This document shows positions 58,725 through 64,000 of a stretch of 64,000 nucleotides of DNA, piece by piece. Positions within the stretch are counted from its first letter, which is position 1. The number at the start of each line of letters is the position of its first letter. Source of the DNA: Neophaeotheca triangularis (taxonomy: Eukaryota); NCBI GenBank assembly GCA_054600435.1, contig BAAIJX010000002.1, forward strand, positions 1-64,000. The letters run 5' to 3'. The translations under genes and the position numbers were made by a program. The notes beneath the pieces are model-generated. The model saw only the letters and a list, made by a program, of their open reading frames with translations, searched no databases and was not told the DNA's origin.

Positions 58725-59759
58725 GGTGTGTATGCGCTACAATGACCTCCGCTCAACCTCTTCCCTGCCTGGCCTGCGATGGCTGCCTGCGCTCAATCGA
58801 GCTGCTGTATGCCCAGCGCAAAGCCACTACATCGAAGTCCGTAGTTCTGCCCTGATTCCAACCCGGAGCCGTCGGTGGGGTGTAGAATGATATTCGGCGA
58901 TATATTGGTCGTTTGGACGCCGTATCGGTTGGATGCGCCTGCTCGAACGACGACAAGCGCGGTCGGGGCGTGGGCGCTGTTTCAACGACGTCGCGATACC
59001 GGGGATACTCCGCAGACGTATGAAGCGGTGATACTGGGACGAGCAGGGCGATACCGAAGTGGCAGTAAACACAGTAGGTATGTCAATAATAATAATGAGA
59101 ACGGCGGGCGTCGTGATTACAACATGCCCGTCTGCGGCACGCAATCGGCAACTTGGCTCTTCCGGTCGACGGACAACACGTAGAAGGAAGATGCGATCGA
59201 CGGTGCAGAGCAGCCTTGGGATTTGTTGGTTCAATTTGCTACGGCGATAAATTCTAAAACATTTATTAGGACTCTGACTCTCTATGTATGATATATGTTA
59301 CAAATAAGTTAATACTTAATCGCTGGTAACACGACGAATTGCCCATTCTGTATACTGTCGGCCGTCTCCCTGAGGCTGCTCGGGGGAGGGCCTCGCCGAG
59401 AATTAGCCGACGGCGGCGTGTGATGCGCGTTGGAGCTTCCACCCATCTACCTTGTACTTGTCCACCAACGTCAACGACCCTCAGCACAACAACCACCCGA
59501 CCCTTCACCCTCACCATCCACCATCTACCGCACCAAGACACCATCTACACATTCCGCCACCTCACTCCTTTCATTCTACTGCTACTGGCTTCCTAATCAT
59601 CCGAGCCACCTAGCAGAGTGGACGCAACCTCCACGTCATCGAACAAAACATCAAGCCTTCTCACTTGCCACGTTCTGAGCCAACTTCAGACGAAAGACCC
59701 CTTCGGAGTTTGCGGACACCTTCCATACCAGCATCAAGAGACCGTACAAGGAAATCAAG

Positions 59760-62700
59760 ATGGTTGGTTTGACTTCAGCGGCGGGTTTGGTGGGCTTTTT
59801 GTCCGAGCCGGACCCAGCGTTGCAAGCCTTCGCTTTGGAGAAGCTCAATGAGGAGCTGGATACTGTCTGGACAGAGGTGTCTGGTTCTATCGGCCAAATG
59901 TACGTAAAAGTTGTTGAACATTGCTACCGCGCTGCCCTCATTCCCTTTTGCTACGAGAGCTGGCGCACCACAAAGATGATCACGAAACCTCTAGTATATG
60001 CTGACCACTTAACAGAGAGGCGCTTTACGAAGATGAATCTTTCACCCACCGCGAACTCGCCGCGCTTGTCCTCTCCAAGGTCTACTACCAGCTCCAGGAG
60101 TACAACGAAAGTATGGTGTTTGCCTTGGGCGCTGGCAAGCTCTTTGACATTGAAGAGGCCGGCGAATACGAGGAGACAATCGTGGCAAAGTGCATCGACA
60201 CTTACATCGCACTCTGCGCTATGCACAACCCACCTCGGCCCGCTTCCACCAAGCCGCAAAGCTCTGAGGGTCTTCCCCAAAATGCAAACGGAAACCCCGC
60301 CGTAGGCAGCACGTCTTCGCCAACCATGCCATTCTCGCAAAACACGCTCCCCTCCAAGTCTCTTCTTTCCCGACAAGACGGCGAGACTTTCGACTCGTCT
60401 GCTCCGGGGGGCGGCAATGCTGGCGTAGTCGGCGCACACCCACACCCACTGACCCTTCCCAATTACGCCAAGAAGAATCTTCAAAACATCATTAGACGCA
60501 TCTTCGAGAGCTGCTACGAGGTTGGAGCTTACAGGCAGGTCGTCGGTATCGCTGTGGAGGCGCGAAACATGGAGACTCTTCGCGAGGCCATTCTGCGTTC
60601 AAGCAAGGACCAGAAGACAAAGGACGGCAAGAAGGCGGCAAGCGCAAGCCTCGGTCAGACGGAAGAGCTTATGGAATATGTGCTGGATATCTGCATGAAT
60701 GTCGTGCAGGAGCGTGGGTTGAGAAACGAGATTTTGAAGCTCATCCTTGGGTTGTTGAACGACATTCCGAACCCGGATTACTTCGCCATTGCGCGTTGCG
60801 TCGTCTACCTGAACCAGCACAACATGGCCTCCAACATGCTTAAGCAGCTTGTGCAAAAGGGTGATGGACGCTCTTTGGCCATTGCTTATCAACTATCCTT
60901 CGATCTGTACGAGAATGGTACACAAGAGTTCCTCGCCAAGGTCATTGAGGAACTGCCCGAGACGGAAGAGACGGAAAAGACAGATCTACCGCAAGAGAAT
61001 GGGGCAGCCGTTCGGCCAGCCACCCCGGCACCAAACAATGACGATGATGCTCAAGAGTCGGACCAACTGCTGTCTGAGCTTCAAAAGAGCGCAGGACCCG
61101 GTAATACCTCTACACTTGTCGCCGGCCGTACAAAGCCCAAGCCTGAAACCGACACCGAGACCAAGGCCTTCAAATCGGTTCGCAGCATTCTGCGCGGCAC
61201 AACCAGCATCGAGATGAACCTCGAGTTCCTCTTCCGGTCATCGCGCTCCGACAAGGCCATTCTCAACAAAGTCCGCGACTCCCTCGAAGCTCGCAACAGC
61301 ATCTTCCATACCTCCGTCACGTTCGCCAACGCCTTCATGAATGCTGGCACCACTATCGACAGCTTCTTCCGCGAGAACCTCGAATGGCTCGGCAAGGCCG
61401 TCAACTGGAGCAAGTTCACAGCGACTGCGGCTCTGGGTGTTATTCATAGGGGCAACATTGGTCAAGGGCAAAAGCTGTTGGATCCATACCTCCCCAAGGA
61501 AGGCGGCAACGTCAGTGCAGGCAGCAGCTACAGCCAAGGTGGCTCTCTTTACGCTTTGGGGCTAATCTACACCAACCACGGCCACCACGTTCTCGAATAC
61601 CTGCAAAGGCAATTTAAGGCCACTCAAGAGGAAGTTGTCCAGCATGGTGGCGCTCTCGGGTTGGGCGTCGCCGGTATGGCAACTGGATCAGAGGAGATTT
61701 ACGACGATCTCAAGACTGTTCTCTACTCCGACTCGGCAATCAACGGCGAAGCTGTTGGGCTTTCGATGGGTCTCGTTATGCTGGGGTCTGGCAACGTCAA
61801 GGCGCTCGAGGACATGATCCAGTACGCCCACGACACTCAGCACGAGAAGATTGTTCGTGGCTTGGCCATGGGTATGGCACTCATCATGTACGCTCGTCAA
61901 GAGGCTGCGGATGAGCTTATCAACGGACTGCTGGACGATGCGGACCCGGCTTTGAGGTATGGTGGTATCATGACGGTTGCTCTGGCATATTGCGGCAGTG
62001 GCAGCAACAAGGCTGTGCGCAAGCTGTTGCACGTTGCCGTGAGTGATGTCAGCGACGATGTGCGAAGAGCGGCAGTCATGAGCTTGGGTTTCGTGCTGTT
62101 CAGGAAGCCGGGCAGTGTGCCTAGAATGGTCGAGCTTCTCGCCGAATCCTACAACCCTCACGTTCGGTACGGTGCAACCATGGCCCTGGGTATCGCATGT
62201 GCCGGCACCGGTCTCGAGGACGCCATTGACCTTTTGGAGCCCATGATGAAGGATTCCACCGACTTTGTTCGCCAAGGTGCCTTGATCGCCACGTCCATGA
62301 TTATGGTCCAGCAGAACGAGGCCATGAACCCCAAGGTCGGCACAATCCGCAAGCAATTGCAGAAGATGATTGGTGATCGCCACGAAGACGCCATGTCCAA
62401 GTTCGGCTGCGCGCTGGCTCTCGGCATCATCGACGCTGGTGGTCGCAACTGCACCATCAGCTTGCAGACCCAGTCGGGCAGCTTGAACATGTCCGCTATT
62501 GTCGGCATGGCCGTCTTCACTCAATACTGGTATTGGTTCCCCTTCACACACTTCCTGTCTCTCGCCTTCACCCCCACGGCCATCATCGGTATCGACCAGG
62601 ATCTCGAAGTCCCCAGCTTCAAGTTCCACAGCAACACGCGCCCAAGCATGTTCGACTACCCCCCGGAGCAAGAAGTCAAGACCGAAGAGGCGCCTGAGAA

Positions 62701-63400
62701 GGTCAAGACAGCCGTGCTCTCCACCACGGCGCAAGCGAAGCGGAGAAAAGCCGCCAAAGCTCGCGAAAACAGGGACCAGAGCATGGACGTCGACGCCGCG
62801 CCCACAACCCCCAAGCCCGACGCCGCCGACACAGAAATGAAAGACGACGACACCAACGTGGTGGAAACGGGAAAGCCCAGCGAAGGCAAGGAAACCGAAG
62901 AGAAAGAAGCCTCGGTGGCGAAGAAGCTGGAAAAGGAAAGGCCCGGCTACGAGCTCGAGAACATGAGCCGCGTCCTCCCAGGGCAGGTCAAGTACATCAG
63001 CTTTCCACCCGAGGGCCGCTACCAACCCGTGAAAAAGGTACGTCTCACCCCTCACAACCAACAGTCTACCGCTACCCTTACTAACTACCTCCCCTTCCAG
63101 CCGACCGGCGGCATAACACTCCTCCACGACACCCAACCGGACTCCCCGAAAGACCTTGTCGAACTCAAAGCCCGCAAAAAGGCCACAACGACTCCTGCCC
63201 CTACCCCGGGTGGCGCGCAAGCCACTCCGCAGACCCCCGGTGCCAATCGCGACACCGCCATGACAGGAGCCGGGGGCGCCGCGGCCGCGGCTGGCGTCCT
63301 CAACGCGGTGGACGAAGACGACGAGGAGGGGGCGGAAGCGCCCGTGCCGGCGGAGTTCGAGGTTGATGAGAGTGAGGGTGAGGACGAAGGGGATGATTAG
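59760..63400 (+). CDS. RPN2: 26S proteasome regulatory subunit Rpn2
   Basis: MVGLTSAAGLVGFLSE; intron 59900..60015 gives QIEALYEDESF. NLEWLGKAVNWSKFTATAALGVIH, PC repeats, QYWYWFP. Probable intron 63038..63100; acidic C-terminus. Confidence 0.97.
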
Positions 63401-64000
63401 GTGTTTGTCTCTTGAGAGTTAAGACCTCGATTGAAGTCGAGGTTTAGGGCATGTGTGTGTGTGTGTATTACTCGGGTTTGAAGTCGAGCTAGGGGGGGAT
63501 GAGGGGAGGTATCGTGGATGAGACATGGGATCGTAGCTAGTTGTACTATAGCGCGCGCGCTTACTCGACCTTCCACAGCACGCACGCATGCCTTGCGCTT
63601 GTGCTTACGATTGTGGGGAGGCGGTAGCGGTAGCGTATACCATTAAGATAATGAGACCGTCTCCTAGGTCTCCCCTTCTTGAGTGTTCGACTGATGGACT
63701 CGGGGCAGTTGTCTTTTTGGGGAAGGGATGCCAAAAGCCGTGGCGTTTACCTTTCCTTGCTCTACCGTCCGTAAGTGCCTACTTACTATTACACCTTGCC
63801 TTGTAGTACTGTGAGGTATTCTTAGCAGTAACCCCGGGCAGTCGTGACGTGAGATGGGCGTGATATATAAAGACATGGCCGTGAATCCTTGTGATTGCTT
63901 TTGGCGAGGTCGAGGTACTTGAGGTACTAGACTAGGTACGGTATATAGTAAGATCAGGTAGGTAAGGTAGCGTAGAACACTGCAGGCTGACGAAGCGGGA

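Noticed and set aside
61688..63220. 510-aa antisense ORF, and similar shadow ORFs such as 3761..5113, 4542..5144, 36946..37617
   Set aside because: They overlap well-supported genes and are explained by GC3-rich codon bias; no recognisable motifs.

Overview
Gene-dense genomic DNA from a filamentous ascomycete (Pezizomycotina; Dothideomycete-like by inference). Evidence: short GT-AG introns with CTRAC branch points and a strong RIP signature. It holds about 17 protein-coding genes: an ankyrin-like protein, AP180/ANTH adaptor, mitochondrial AspRS, cytochrome P450, maleylacetate reductase, N-myristoyltransferase, a SesA-like/NACHT/ankyrin NLR, Mak31-like LSM protein, a low-complexity repeat protein, CAF-1 p60, Dal5-type MFS, Fat1-like acyl-CoA synthetase, cytochrome b561-domain protein, a C2H2 transcription factor, SnoaL-like protein, Dcr2-like phosphoesterase, Cet1 and Rpn2. 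There is also an intron-containing tRNA-Arg(ACG). The ORF-free gap at 11437-19758 is a full-length, heavily RIP-mutated Ty3/Gypsy chromovirus (147-bp LTRs, GTCGG target-site duplication) inserted between the P450 and the maleylacetate reductase. Most notable: (1) after mentally reversing RIP, the element carries a hidden ~519-codon third ORF downstream of pol; (2) a C-tract sits where the polypurine tract should be; (3) the NLR has near-identical 96-nt ankyrin repeats with hypervariable residues; (4) the C2H2 factor has two in-frame alternative splice donors; (5) many genes switch from C-rich to G-rich near their 3' ends. All calls come from manual reading; no database searches were run.
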